From positions 1 to 32,259 of the forward strand of contig DVFU01000107.1 of assembly GCA_018713065.1 (NCBI GenBank): a DNA stretch of 32,259 nt, written 5' to 3'. Made by a program: the position numbers and the translations under genes. Positions within the stretch are counted from its first letter, which is position 1, and the number at the start of each line of letters is the position of its first letter. Below are positions 1 to 9,919 of the stretch, piece after piece. The notes beneath the pieces were generated by a model that saw only the letters and a program-made list of their open reading frames with translations, had not been told where the DNA came from and did not search any database. The stretch comes from Candidatus Faecenecus gallistercoris (GTDB lineage: Bacteria; Bacillota_I; Bacilli_A; RF39; UBA660).

Positions 1-235
1 GGCACCAGTCTGAATATCAGTAACCAAAGAATAACTACTGCCGATTAAAACCAAAAAAAGACCAGTTACCAAACAACAGAAAAACGTTACTTTAAAACGA
101 CTACTAATTTTCATATGACACCTCTATCCTACATAAACATTATACGGAAGATTGGACAATTGTTCAAGGAGTTATTTCTTTAAAATCATAATTGTGTTAA
201 AATAGTAATAGATTATGAAATAAGGAGTGTATCAC

Positions 236-1177
236 ATGGATAATTTTATGAATGGAGTATTTGCTTTTTTATTTTGCATGATACCAATTATTGTATTTAA
301 AATAAAAGATTGTATTCCAAAAGCGAATAAGAAAACTCACCTTCTCATGACGCTGGGATGGGCATCAGTCAGTTTGCTATTTACCTTTTTATTAATGCTT
401 GTAAGTCGCAGTACATTTAAAATCATTCCAACTCTCATTACGATTGCCATCACATCCATTTATAATTACTTCTTAATGGAAAACGAAATCGATGCAAAAA
501 ATCTAGTAAAAATGTTAATTATATTTTTACTGTTTATGATGAGTAGTTACTTACAGTTGATTCCGATTGCAATCTTCAATATCGATTTGAACAACCTATC
601 AATGGAAACATCTACTTGGTTAACCGTATTTTCAGATGCTATTCTATTGATGATATTATTTTTGATTTACCGCAAAGACTTAATACGAGACTTTAAAGAT
701 TTTCGCCATCACATTTGGGAAAACATGGATGTCGCCATTAAATATTGGTTAATAGGTCTCATCATCATGGGAACTTCAAACGTATTAATTACCTTCCTAG
801 CAACAGGCGCTCAAGCAAGTAATGAAATGGGCGTTCAAACAATGATTCATGATGCACCACTTGCTAGTTTCTTGGCAGCAGGAATTCTGGCTCCAATCAT
901 CGAAGAGTTGACATTCCGCAAAAGTTTCTTCGATGCATTAAAAAACAAATGGTTGTTTATCTTAACATCTGGTCTGATTTTCGGAGGATTACATGTCATA
1001 TCCGCAACTAGTTGGCAAGACTTTTTATTCATCATTCCATACAGTTCTTTAGGCGTTGCATTCGCAGCGATGGTATACAACAGAAAAAACATATTGACTT
1101 CGATTTCAATGCATATGATTCATAACGTCGCTTTAATTCTTCTATCGATTGCAACCATGGCGGTGATTTTATTATAA
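236..1177 (+). CDS. CPBP family (CAAX protease-like) intramembrane glutamic endopeptidase
   Basis: Multi-TM protein with EELTFR, FGGLH and HMIHN motifs. AGGAG SD favours ATG at 236 over GTG at 227. Confidence 0.9.
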   Translation: MDNFMNGVFAFLFCMIPIIVFKIKDCIPKANKKTHLLMTLGWASVSLLFTFLLMLVSRSTFKIIPTLITIAITSIYNYFLMENEIDAKNLVKMLIIFLLFMMSSYLQLIPIAIFNIDLNNLSMETSTWLTVFSDAILLMILFLIYRKDLIRDFKDFRHHIWENMDVAIKYWLIGLIIMGTSNVLITFLATGAQASNEMGVQTMIHDAPLASFLAAGILAPIIEELTFRKSFFDALKNKWLFILTSGLIFGGLHVISATSWQDFLFIIPYSSLGVAFAAMVYNRKNILTSISMHMIHNVALILLSIATMAVILL

Positions 1178-1178
1178 T

Positions 1179-2102
1179 ATGACACGAGAAGAACGAAACA
1201 AAGAAATTCAAGAAGAACTAAAGCGAAAAGAAGAACAAAAAGAAACACTAAAAAAGGTGGGAAAAGTTACAAAGATCGTTTTAATCATCGTCTTAATCAT
1301 CTCATCTTTCATCTTGTATGCTAGATTTGTAAGTACTTCATTTCTAGTCGTTCGAGAATACAAAGTGACAAGTCCAAACCTACCGACAAACTTTACCGGA
1401 TTTAAAATTGTACAGTTCAGTGATCTCTACTATGGTTCTACTATCGATACAGAAGACTTGCAAGATATTGTAGATAAAATCAACGAACTAAAACCGGATT
1501 TAGTCGTCTTCACAGGAGACTTAATTGCTCCTAATTACACCCTTGAAGATGGCGAACAAGAAAATATTGCAAACTTGTTAAAATCGATTACTTCGACAGT
1601 GGGAAAATATGCTGTCAACGGAAATAATGATATTCAAAATGAAGTATTTGAAAGTATTTTACTAGGAAGTGATTTTAAATATTTGAATAACGAGTCTGAC
1701 TTCATCTACTACCAAAATCAAACTCCTATTCTATTATCTGGAACATCTACTTTATATCAAGGAAATGCAGATGTAACCAAAACATTTCAAGATAAAAATA
1801 CCAATGCTTATTACACGATTTCCTTAATGCATGAACCGGATCAAATAGAGACAATAGTAGCAAACAGAAAAATCGATTTAGCACTTGCCGGCCACTCCTT
1901 AAACGGACAGATTAGAATTCCAGGAATCGGAGCAATCATCCATCCGATGGGTGCTCAAAACTATCCTAATGAGCACTATCTCGTTTCGACAACTTCTAAC
2001 ACGACTGAATTGTTCGTATCGGGAGGACTCGGAACTGACACTGCACCATTTCGATTATTCAATCATCCAAGTATTAACTTCTATCGTTTATACAAAAGTT
2101 AA
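1179..2102 (+). CDS. Membrane-anchored metallophosphoesterase (YkuE/YaeI-like) with degenerate His ligands
   Basis: N-terminal TM; calcineurin-like motifs FSDLY, TGDL, GNND, MHEPD, AGHSLNGQI, VSGGLG. Confidence 0.85.
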   Translation: MTREERNKEIQEELKRKEEQKETLKKVGKVTKIVLIIVLIISSFILYARFVSTSFLVVREYKVTSPNLPTNFTGFKIVQFSDLYYGSTIDTEDLQDIVDKINELKPDLVVFTGDLIAPNYTLEDGEQENIANLLKSITSTVGKYAVNGNNDIQNEVFESILLGSDFKYLNNESDFIYYQNQTPILLSGTSTLYQGNADVTKTFQDKNTNAYYTISLMHEPDQIETIVANRKIDLALAGHSLNGQIRIPGIGAIIHPMGAQNYPNEHYLVSTTSNTTELFVSGGLGTDTAPFRLFNHPSINFYRLYKS

Positions 2103-2428
2103 AAATTCCAAGAAAGTCCATCCATATTGTGAGATGGGCTTTTTTCATTACTAAGAAGAGATAAACAGTATAAATACGAAAAGGTTCCAACAAAAATCAA
2201 AACACTGTTAATTAATCTTCTCGTCCCTTCATTGTTCACCTCTTTCTCAACAGCATAAAGAAAAATTAAAATAGTGATTGTAATCGTCCATCCAAGACGA
2301 CGCAGAGCATGATTAGAATCAGACCAAGTAGAAAGCAAATATTTTCCATAAGAAACGAAAGATACTCCTAAGAAAACACCTAAAATAATCCAAAACAGTA
2401 CTCTTTTATCTTGTAACACATCATTCAT
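2099..2428 (-). CDS. Small hypothetical membrane protein (3 TM)
   Basis: 109-aa ORF with three hydrophobic stretches, downstream of the ABC permease. Confidence 0.55.
   Translation of the reverse strand: MNDVLQDKRVLFWIILGVFLGVSFVSYGKYLLSTWSDSNHALRRLGWTITITILIFLYAVEKEVNNEGTRRLINSVLIFVGTFSYLYCLSLLSNEKSPSHNMDGLSWNF
2113..2145 (+). terminator. Rho-independent terminator after the phosphoesterase
   Basis: AAAGTCCATC / GATGGGCTTT stem followed by a T-run. Confidence 0.55.
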
Positions 2429-2459
2429 AATAAAGAATATGAAAAAAAGTGTAGAATGA

Positions 2460-4904
2460 TTACTCTACACTTTTTAAAGATTCAATCATATTGATTCGTT
2501 TTAATTTAAAGAACGTAATAATTTGCATTAAAATGGCAAAGACAAGTGTTAATAAACCAGCCCAAACGAAACTAGTAACCTGAATCGTTCTCAAGAATGT
2601 AACCGTCTCATTTTCTAATAAATCGATTAAGTAAGCATGTAAGAACGGTGTCATACAAAATCCTAGTAAGATTCCTACGAAGACAGTAACTAACGTCTCA
2701 CGATAGATGTATTCGTTCGTTTCTAAATCTTTAAATCCCAATACTTTTAAAGTTGCAATTTCTCTTGTTCGTTCACTAATATTGATAGAAGTTAAATTAT
2801 ACAAAACGGCAAAACACAACAAGCAAGATATGATTACCAAAAGAGCAATGATATAGTTTAATCCTTCGATACCACCATTGGACTTTGCTAATAACGTAGA
2901 CGCTAAATTGACACTTAATACCTCATCTTGATTCAACAGTTCGGTACTTACTTCTTCCTCATCCAACACATCTTCTGAAACGAAAGAATTAAAGGTTAGC
3001 TCATCTCCGGTAAGAGATTCATATAATCCTTTACTTATGTAAATATAGTTAGAGACATAATTCAAAGCCACACCAGAAACTTTCACTTGGTAAACAGTAT
3101 CGTTACTATCTCGTAAAGAAATCGTATCCCCTGCCTGAACAGAAAATAAATCCGCAATTTTATTACTGATGATGACACCGTCATCGGTAAGAGTCAGATC
3201 ATCTTTGGTCTCATTATCTTCCAAATCGAAGTAATGTTCAAATTTAGTGGAATCATCTTCTGGAATCAAAACTGTGACACTAAGATCATCCACACCATCT
3301 TTGATAACATCGTAGTAAGATTGATTTAATAACAATTCATTCGTTACAATGCCATCGATAATCGGTTCTACTTCTTCATGATTCGTAACATTTTGATTTA
3401 AAACAACTAAATTGTCGTAACGATGAATTTCTCGAAATTGTTTCTCGCCAACTCCATTGATACTATCCTGAACAGCAAATCCAATCATGATTAGCATCGT
3501 ACATCCAGCCGTTCCAATCAACGTCATAAAAACTCTCTTCTTATAGCGGAAAATGTTTCGTAACGTAATCTTCCAAGAAAAAGATAGATGATTCCAAATA
3601 AATCCAATTCGTTCCAACAAAATGGTCTTCCCAGATTTTGGCGACACTGGTCGTAACAAATTAGCAGGTTTATTTTTTAATTCTCGGTGGCAAGAATATA
3701 CCGTTACTAAGAACATAACTGTAACCGTTACCAGTAAATAAATGCAGAAGTAATCGAGTCTAAAATGATAAGATAACGCTGGAACATCGATTGGGAAACA
3801 AATGTATATCAACTGTGGAATGATAATACTACCCAATAAGTAACCGAAAACTGTCCCTAAAATCGTACTTGATAAAACATAAACCAAATAGTTAAAAATG
3901 ATACGTTTATTGGTAATACCAAGAGAGGCAAACGTTCCCATCTCACTTCTTTCTTCGACAATCATCCGCGACATCGTATTGGAAGTCATCAAAACGACGA
4001 TGATAATAAAGAAAACAGGAATGACGTTGGATAACGTCGTAAGTTGATTGTACTCATGTCCCGTTGTCGTATACATGGTAACGACATCGTCACGGTCAAA
4101 TAAATACCAATCTGATGTAAGTCCAGATCGAATTTCTTCTACTACCTCTTCTGGATATCCTTGATAAGGTTCTAATAACTCATCGATTCTAGCCTCTTCT
4201 CTTTCAGAAGAAATCCCTTCGATGGCTTGCACTGCATCGTTAACGGCTTCATTGTAAGCACTAGAATACGGAACATTGTTATCCCCTTTGTTGGCAGTGA
4301 CATAAATTTCCGTATACGTATCATAATCAAACACGGTCTCTGGTACAAATATGTAAGATGTAAGAGAGCCATTTCCAATATCGGCATCTCCATAATCAGT
4401 ACCAGTATATAAAGGTGACCGAATGGTTCCCGTTACAGTAAACTCATGAACCTTTAAATTTTCGCCTTCTACTTCCCGAACGGTAATGACATCTCCAACG
4501 TGATAAGTATTGGCATCTGCCAAACAAGAAGAATCATCTTCTGGATAAGCCCCTTCAATCAAATCGACACCATTTATTTCATCCGTCAAAGCATGAACTT
4601 TAATGACATGATCTTCTTCCATAACGAACTTGGAGTAACTGCCTTCGGCATCTTCTACTTCCGGCAAATTCCGAATTGCTTCCACATCGGCATCAGTTAA
4701 CCCTAAAGAACCTTGCACCTTAATATCCATCAAATTGGTCTCTTGATAATAATCCGTTTGAACTTCCTTCATGTCAGGAATCGATTCTTTAATTCCAGCA
4801 TAAAAAGCGACGCCAATCAAAATAATCATCATCAAAGAAATGTAACGACCAAAAGACTTTCTAATTTTTTTAATCGTATTTTTTAATAACACAGAAATCA
4901 CCAC
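2460..4904 (-). CDS. FtsX/MacB-like ABC transporter permease (two FtsX domains)
   Basis: Two 'ER.EM/IGT/ATL..LG' FtsX motifs, large extracellular loops, coupled to the ATPase gene. Confidence 0.9.
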   Translation of the reverse strand: MVISVLLKNTIKKIRKSFGRYISLMMIILIGVAFYAGIKESIPDMKEVQTDYYQETNLMDIKVQGSLGLTDADVEAIRNLPEVEDAEGSYSKFVMEEDHVIKVHALTDEINGVDLIEGAYPEDDSSCLADANTYHVGDVITVREVEGENLKVHEFTVTGTIRSPLYTGTDYGDADIGNGSLTSYIFVPETVFDYDTYTEIYVTANKGDNNVPYSSAYNEAVNDAVQAIEGISSEREEARIDELLEPYQGYPEEVVEEIRSGLTSDWYLFDRDDVVTMYTTTGHEYNQLTTLSNVIPVFFIIIVVLMTSNTMSRMIVEERSEMGTFASLGITNKRIIFNYLVYVLSSTILGTVFGYLLGSIIIPQLIYICFPIDVPALSYHFRLDYFCIYLLVTVTVMFLVTVYSCHRELKNKPANLLRPVSPKSGKTILLERIGFIWNHLSFSWKITLRNIFRYKKRVFMTLIGTAGCTMLIMIGFAVQDSINGVGEKQFREIHRYDNLVVLNQNVTNHEEVEPIIDGIVTNELLLNQSYYDVIKDGVDDLSVTVLIPEDDSTKFEHYFDLEDNETKDDLTLTDDGVIISNKIADLFSVQAGDTISLRDSNDTVYQVKVSGVALNYVSNYIYISKGLYESLTGDELTFNSFVSEDVLDEEEVSTELLNQDEVLSVNLASTLLAKSNGGIEGLNYIIALLVIISCLLCFAVLYNLTSINISERTREIATLKVLGFKDLETNEYIYRETLVTVFVGILLGFCMTPFLHAYLIDLLENETVTFLRTIQVTSFVWAGLLTLVFAILMQIITFFKLKRINMIESLKSVE

Positions 4905-5596
4905 TCAATCTCTGAAGGTAACTTCGGATCTGTATTGATATGAACATGTTCAACCGTACCATTTTTAATCGTAATCACTTTATCTGCAACATCAGCAATG
5001 ACAGAGTTATGCGTAATTAAAATCGTCGTAATGCCCATGTTTTTACAAGTGTTGACCAAAAGTTCGATAACTTTTTGACCAGTAACAGAATCTAGTGCTC
5101 CAGTCGGTTCATCGCAAAGCAAAATTTTTGGATTCTTAGCAATCGCACGGGCAACAGCAACTCGTTGTTGTTCTCCACCAGATAGCTGCGGTGGAAAATT
5201 TTTCATTCTGTTTTCCAAGCCAACTAGTTTTAAAACCTCTTTTGGATCCAGTGCATCTTTACATAATTGACATGCCAACTCTACATTTTCAAGCGCTGTC
5301 AAGTTTACAATCAAATTGTAAAACTGAAAGACGAACCCAATGTCATTCCGCCGATATTGAATTAGATCCTTATACTTGTACTGATCGACTCTTTTCCCAT
5401 CGACAATAATTTCTCCAGATGTTGGCGTATCCATTCCTCCAAGCATGTTTAAAATAGTTGTTTTACCAGCGCCAGATGGGCCTAAAATGACGACAAGTTC
5501 CCCTTTTTCAATGGAGAAAGAACAGTGATCGACAGCCAGTACTTTGACTTCTCCTTGATATTCTTTTTTGACATCTTTAAATTCAATAAATGCCAT
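4898..5596 (-). CDS. ABC transporter ATP-binding protein (LolD/MacB-like)
   Basis: [34 protein letters not shown] favours start MAFIEF at 5596. Confidence 0.93.
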   Translation of the reverse strand: MAFIEFKDVKKEYQGEVKVLAVDHCSFSIEKGELVVILGPSGAGKTTILNMLGGMDTPTSGEIIVDGKRVDQYKYKDLIQYRRNDIGFVFQFYNLIVNLTALENVELACQLCKDALDPKEVLKLVGLENRMKNFPPQLSGGEQQRVAVARAIAKNPKILLCDEPTGALDSVTGQKVIELLVNTCKNMGITTILITHNSVIADVADKVITIKNGTVEHVHINTDPKLPSEIEW

Positions 5597-5681
5597 TTTA
5601 TCTTCACCTTTCGTTTGAATATTTTTCTCTCTATTAAGCATTATATCATAAATCAAAAAAAGATTAGCACTTTTTACAATA

Positions 5682-6443
5682 CTAATCTAATCTAGGAGTT
5701 AAGATTTCATATCCATCTTTGGTAACCAAAACGGTATGTTCATAATGAGCAGAAGGTTTCCCATCGTCCGTTTTCACGGTCCAGCCATCATCCAATTGAT
5801 AAACACGAGCCGTACCATAATTTAACATCGGTTCGATACAGATGACCATGCCTTCCCGCAATCTTGGTCCTTCCCCAGGATGACCGAAGTTTGGAACCTC
5901 TGGATCTTCATGCATATCAGTACCGATACCATGACCACAAAGTTCCCGTACGACACCCAAGTGATGTGCCCTAGCGTACTTCTCGACGGCATTCGAAATA
6001 TCACCGATATGATTTCCTGGTTTTACCATCTTAACGCCTTCGTACAATGCTCTTTCCGTGTGTTCCATCAGATACTTTTTATCATCAGATACATCTCCAA
6101 CGGCATACGTCCAAGCGGCATCTCCTTGATATCCTTTATAACCGATTACCATATCGATTGTAATGATATCTCCATTTTTTAACTTTCTCTTAGAAGGAAT
6201 TCCATGTACAACTTCATCGTTAACGGAAGTACACAACGTTGCAGGAAAACCTTCGTAACCTTTACAAGAAGGAACTCCTCCCATTTTACGAATAAACTCT
6301 TCTGCCAATCGGTCCAACTCTTTAGTCGTGATTCCCTCTTTGATAAACGGTTTTAAATATTGATGTGTTTTAGAAACCATCATGCCGGCTTCCCTCATCA
6401 AAGCAATCTCTCGTTCACTTTTAATCGTAATCACAAGCGACAC
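5682..6443 (-). CDS. map: Type I methionyl aminopeptidase
   Basis: CTSVNDEVVHGIP, GDAAWT, GHGIG...HEDP, EPM, AHYEHT motifs. Start may be GTG at 6434. Confidence 0.96.
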   Translation of the reverse strand: MSLVITIKSEREIALMREAGMMVSKTHQYLKPFIKEGITTKELDRLAEEFIRKMGGVPSCKGYEGFPATLCTSVNDEVVHGIPSKRKLKNGDIITIDMVIGYKGYQGDAAWTYAVGDVSDDKKYLMEHTERALYEGVKMVKPGNHIGDISNAVEKYARAHHLGVVRELCGHGIGTDMHEDPEVPNFGHPGEGPRLREGMVICIEPMLNYGTARVYQLDDGWTVKTDDGKPSAHYEHTVLVTKDGYEILTPRLD

Positions 6444-6450
6444 TTCCTAA

Positions 6451-7146
6451 CTATTTTTGTTTTAAATAATAATGTCTAATTGGAGTCAAATCATCGTTTA
6501 ATTCATAACAAATTGGATTTCCAGTTTCAATTTCCAAATTCATAACTTCTTCGTCTGATAACTGATCCAAATACTTCATTAAACCACGCAAACTATTACC
6601 ATGAGCGGCAATAATAACCTTCTTACCTGCTAACAAATCATTTTTAATATCGCTGTTCCAATATTCAATAACACGTTTTACAGTATCTAAAAGGTTCTCT
6701 GTTCTTGGTAGTTCTTCTGGTGTCAAATCTTTATACTTAGGATCATTGCCAGGGTATCTTGGGTCATCTAATGCAAGTTCTGGTGGACGAACACTAGCAC
6801 TTCTTCTCCATAAATGAACTTGTTCTTCCCCATATTTTTGCTTTGTCTCATCTTTATTTAAGCCTTGCAACGCACCATAATGACGCTCATTTAAACGCCA
6901 ACTATAATGAATTGGAATATTTTCTTCGCCAAGTTCTTTTAAAATATACATCAAAGTATCATTGGCACGTTTTAAAACAGAAGTATAGGCAACATCAAAT
7001 GTAAATCCTTGCTCCTTTAATACTTCTCCAGCCTCTTTGGCTTCTTTTACTCCTTGTTCAGAAAGTTCAACATCTGTCCAACCAGTAAATTTATTTTCTA
7101 AATTCCAAACACTTTGACCATGTCTTACTAAAACTAATTTAATCAT
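6451..7146 (-). CDS. gpmA: 2,3-bisphosphoglycerate-dependent phosphoglycerate mutase
   Basis: [29 protein letters not shown]. Confidence 0.97.
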   Translation of the reverse strand: MIKLVLVRHGQSVWNLENKFTGWTDVELSEQGVKEAKEAGEVLKEQGFTFDVAYTSVLKRANDTLMYILKELGEENIPIHYSWRLNERHYGALQGLNKDETKQKYGEEQVHLWRRSASVRPPELALDDPRYPGNDPKYKDLTPEELPRTENLLDTVKRVIEYWNSDIKNDLLAGKKVIIAAHGNSLRGLMKYLDQLSDEEVMNLEIETGNPICYELNDDLTPIRHYYLKQK

Positions 7147-7231
7147 ATTTTTCCTCCTTAATCCCGTATAAAATTATATCACAAAACAAAAAAACAGGAA
7201 ATAAAAACAATAAAAAAGAGCCATCTGGCCC

Positions 7232-7804
7232 TCATAGCAAATGTACAAATAAACTGTATCCTAAAAGAGAAAGTGGTTTTCCAACTAAAATAATCCAAAT
7301 AAATGTGCGAAATCTCATATTACTTAAACCAGCAATATAACATAATAAATCATCTGGAAGCCCAGGAACTAAGATTCCCCAGAAGAAAATCCATTTGAAA
7401 GTATTGGTCCTAACATATGCCAAATACTTATCGATAGTTTTCTGCTCAAAAAATGCTTGAACAATTTTCATCCCCAAAGTGCGAGATAAGTAAAATGCAC
7501 CAATAGAGCCTAAGGTAAGTCCAACATAGTTATAAATAAATCCAAAAACAGGACCAAAAGCAAGCACCCCAGCAAGACAACTGGCACCACCAGGAATTAC
7601 CGGAAACATAACTTGAAAAGCTTGCAACAATAAGAATACTAACGGTCCCCAAACACCAAACGTACGAATTTTATCTACTAACAAATCTTTATCCCGAAAG
7701 ATTCCCAATTGTAATCCATAAATAATAAAGATAACTAGCAAAATCGTAACGACAATGGTTGTAATCTTAAATATCGTTTTCGTCTTTGATTTTTTGCGAC
7801 TCAT
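7232..7804 (-). CDS. TVP38/TMEM64 (DedA/VTT) family membrane protein
   Basis: FPVIPGG...GVLAFG and PGLPDDLLCYIAGLS motifs. SD AGGTGA precedes MSRKK at 7804. Confidence 0.85.
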   Translation of the reverse strand: MSRKKSKTKTIFKITTIVVTILLVIFIIYGLQLGIFRDKDLLVDKIRTFGVWGPLVFLLLQAFQVMFPVIPGGASCLAGVLAFGPVFGFIYNYVGLTLGSIGAFYLSRTLGMKIVQAFFEQKTIDKYLAYVRTNTFKWIFFWGILVPGLPDDLLCYIAGLSNMRFRTFIWIILVGKPLSLLGYSLFVHLL

Positions 7805-7815
7805 ATGATCACCTA

Positions 7816-7956
7816 CTACGAATTTCTGACTAACGTACGTTTTAAATAACGAAACAAAAGAACAATTCCTAATATAGGAACTGCAATAATTACAAAGAAA
7901 GCGGATATTGTCATCCAAAAAAGTGTAAAGAAAAAGTTTCGAATTTTAAAAATCAT
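7816..7956 (-). CDS. Small single-TM hypothetical protein (46 aa)
   Basis: GAAAGGA SD before ATG at 7956; hydrophobic helix; ends just upstream of the TVP38 gene. Confidence 0.5.
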   Translation of the reverse strand: MIFKIRNFFFTLFWMTISAFFVIIAVPILGIVLLFRYLKRTLVRNS

Positions 7957-8027
7957 ACTGCATCCTTTCAAACTACCCTTATTATAACAAAAAATAGTGA
8001 AAAGATACCTTACAGTTCTGTAAGGAT

Positions 8028-8582
8028 TTAAAGAGTTCGAATCACCCGGCAAGGATCTCCTACTGCAACAGAGTTACTTGGGATATCATGAGTTACCACA
8101 CTACCGGCACCGATGACGACATTATCTCCTATCGTAACACCAGGTAAAACAGTAACATTCCCACCAAACCAGACGTTACTTCCTACTGTAATCGGCTTTG
8201 CATCCTCTAATCCTTGATTACGAACATGATAATCCAGTGGATGAGATGACGTATAAAAACCACAATTCGGTCCAACAAACACATCGTTTCCAAATGTGAT
8301 ACCACCAGCATCTAGTAAAATCAAATTATGGTTGGCATAGAAGTTTTTCCCGATTCGAATATTGTAACCATAATCACACCAAAAAGAAGGTTCGATCCAA
8401 GCATCATTTTCCATATGTAAAATAATTCGTCTAAGAAGTGCTTTACGACCTACTGAATCATTAAAATCCAATCGGTTATATTGAGCACAAAGATTTTTTA
8501 CTTCATTTCTTTCCCGAATTAAAGTTTGATCATAATTTGCATTGTATAATTCACCACGTAACATCTTTTCTTTTTCCGTCAT
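8028..8582 (-). CDS. maa: Sugar (maltose/galactoside) O-acetyltransferase
   Basis: MTEKEKMLRGELY start, CDYGYNI, hexapeptide repeats LPGVTIGDNVVIGAGSVV. Confidence 0.9.
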   Translation of the reverse strand: MTEKEKMLRGELYNANYDQTLIRERNEVKNLCAQYNRLDFNDSVGRKALLRRIILHMENDAWIEPSFWCDYGYNIRIGKNFYANHNLILLDAGGITFGNDVFVGPNCGFYTSSHPLDYHVRNQGLEDAKPITVGSNVWFGGNVTVLPGVTIGDNVVIGAGSVVTHDIPSNSVAVGDPCRVIRTL

Positions 8583-8695
8583 AAAAATTTCCTTTCAATT
8601 TTGTAATGATTCATCTCTATTATAAACGATTATCACACTGGAATAAATATAAAAAAGAGTATCAATGTTATACAATCAAAAAACAAATTTTCTAT

Positions 8696-9190
8696 TTACG
8701 AAACAGAATTCAAACAATCTAAAATAACTTGATACGATGAAACCAAAGAAGGAAGAGAACATTTTGCATTCGCAGCAGAAGGACTCGGCAATAAAAAAGC
8801 ATCGATATTCGTATTTGGTTTCATATATTTTTGATACAAGTCGTATGCTTTTCTCCCTGTACAAAAAACAAACTCAATTTGACTATTTTGTAAAAGTTCC
8901 GTCAAATCATTCACTTCGATATTTTTAATAGATGCATCGGAAGAACCTGAAATTTCACAAGAGGCAACCGTATCCCATAAAGCAATCCCATGGGAAAGTA
9001 AAAACTTTTTTTTCGCATCAACATCCGGTAAAGAAACACCAAACAAGGATTCCAAAATTCGCCAAAAACGATTTTGCGGATGGGCATAATAAAACCCAAC
9101 TTCCCTAGATTTTACGGAAGGAAGGCTGCCCAAAATCAGCACTTTACTAGACTTGTTATAAATCGGTTCCAATTCATGATAAACACGCAT
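8696..9190 (-). CDS. DNA-deoxyinosine (hypoxanthine) glycosylase, UDG superfamily
   Basis: LILGSLPSVKS, YYAHPQNRFW, GSSDASI, LPSPSAAN motifs. Confidence 0.88.
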   Translation of the reverse strand: MRVYHELEPIYNKSSKVLILGSLPSVKSREVGFYYAHPQNRFWRILESLFGVSLPDVDAKKKFLLSHGIALWDTVASCEISGSSDASIKNIEVNDLTELLQNSQIEFVFCTGRKAYDLYQKYMKPNTNIDAFLLPSPSAANAKCSLPSLVSSYQVILDCLNSVS

Positions 9191-9217
9191 AAAATCACCA
9201 GTTTTATTATACAACAT

Positions 9218-9919
9218 TTACTGAGAATTTAATATCCAAGAAACGACCGCTTTCTTAATCTCGTAATACTCCTCTTCTTCAAACTGCATGTTGGCAATAC
9301 AAAAACGTTTCGATGCAATATGAGCACAAAACATACACTCATCTAAATCAAAGCAATCCTGAATAAAAAAAGAATTACGAACTTTATTAGAACAAATGAC
9401 ACTGTAACAGTTGCTACAATCTTTAGAGTCATCCGTTCGAATACAAAAGCTACATGTCCCTGAACGTTGCGATGCAAGTAAATATTCGCAATGCGTACAA
9501 GAGTCACAAAAAATAAGATTTGTAGAATCGCTACAGCCAGTTGAGCGATATACGTTTTGACATCGATAAATAGTATCACTTTGAACCACATCAATAGAGT
9601 CATATACCCGTTCTGTAGTTGTAAAATTGATGGCATCCCACAAAGATATAATATCCGTCAAGGAATGAATTTCACGTTTTGGTACCATCCATCCTTCACG
9701 TTTATCTTTTAAAGCCATATTTTCATTGGTAATAAACTTGCCACTACTAACAGAATCTGCCCAAGTTGCAACTCCAGTGATGGAATCATGTACTTCTTTT
9801 GGTAAATGCACATCAAATGCGAACAACTTCAATATTTCATCCAAAGAATAAGGATTACTAGAACCAAACACTGCTAAAAAGATTTTTTGAACTATCTTTA
9901 ACGTCTTCTCATCAGTCAT
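9218..9919 (-). CDS. Cys/Ser-rich repeat hypothetical protein (likely beta-solenoid)
   Basis: Cys/Ser recurring with about 3/6-residue periodicity, ending in RFCIANMQFEEEEY. ATG at 9919 overlaps the upstream stop (ATGACTGA). Confidence 0.7.
   Translation of the reverse strand: MTDEKTLKIVQKIFLAVFGSSNPYSLDEILKLFAFDVHLPKEVHDSITGVATWADSVSSGKFITNENMALKDKREGWMVPKREIHSLTDIISLWDAINFTTTERVYDSIDVVQSDTIYRCQNVYRSTGCSDSTNLIFCDSCTHCEYLLASQRSGTCSFCIRTDDSKDCSNCYSVICSNKVRNSFFIQDCFDLDECMFCAHIASKRFCIANMQFEEEEYYEIKKAVVSWILNSQ

Noticed and set aside
1-115. Start of a possible minus-strand gene running off the left edge (ATG near 113 with an AGAGGTG SD)
   Set aside because: Too little sequence in the window to assign a product.
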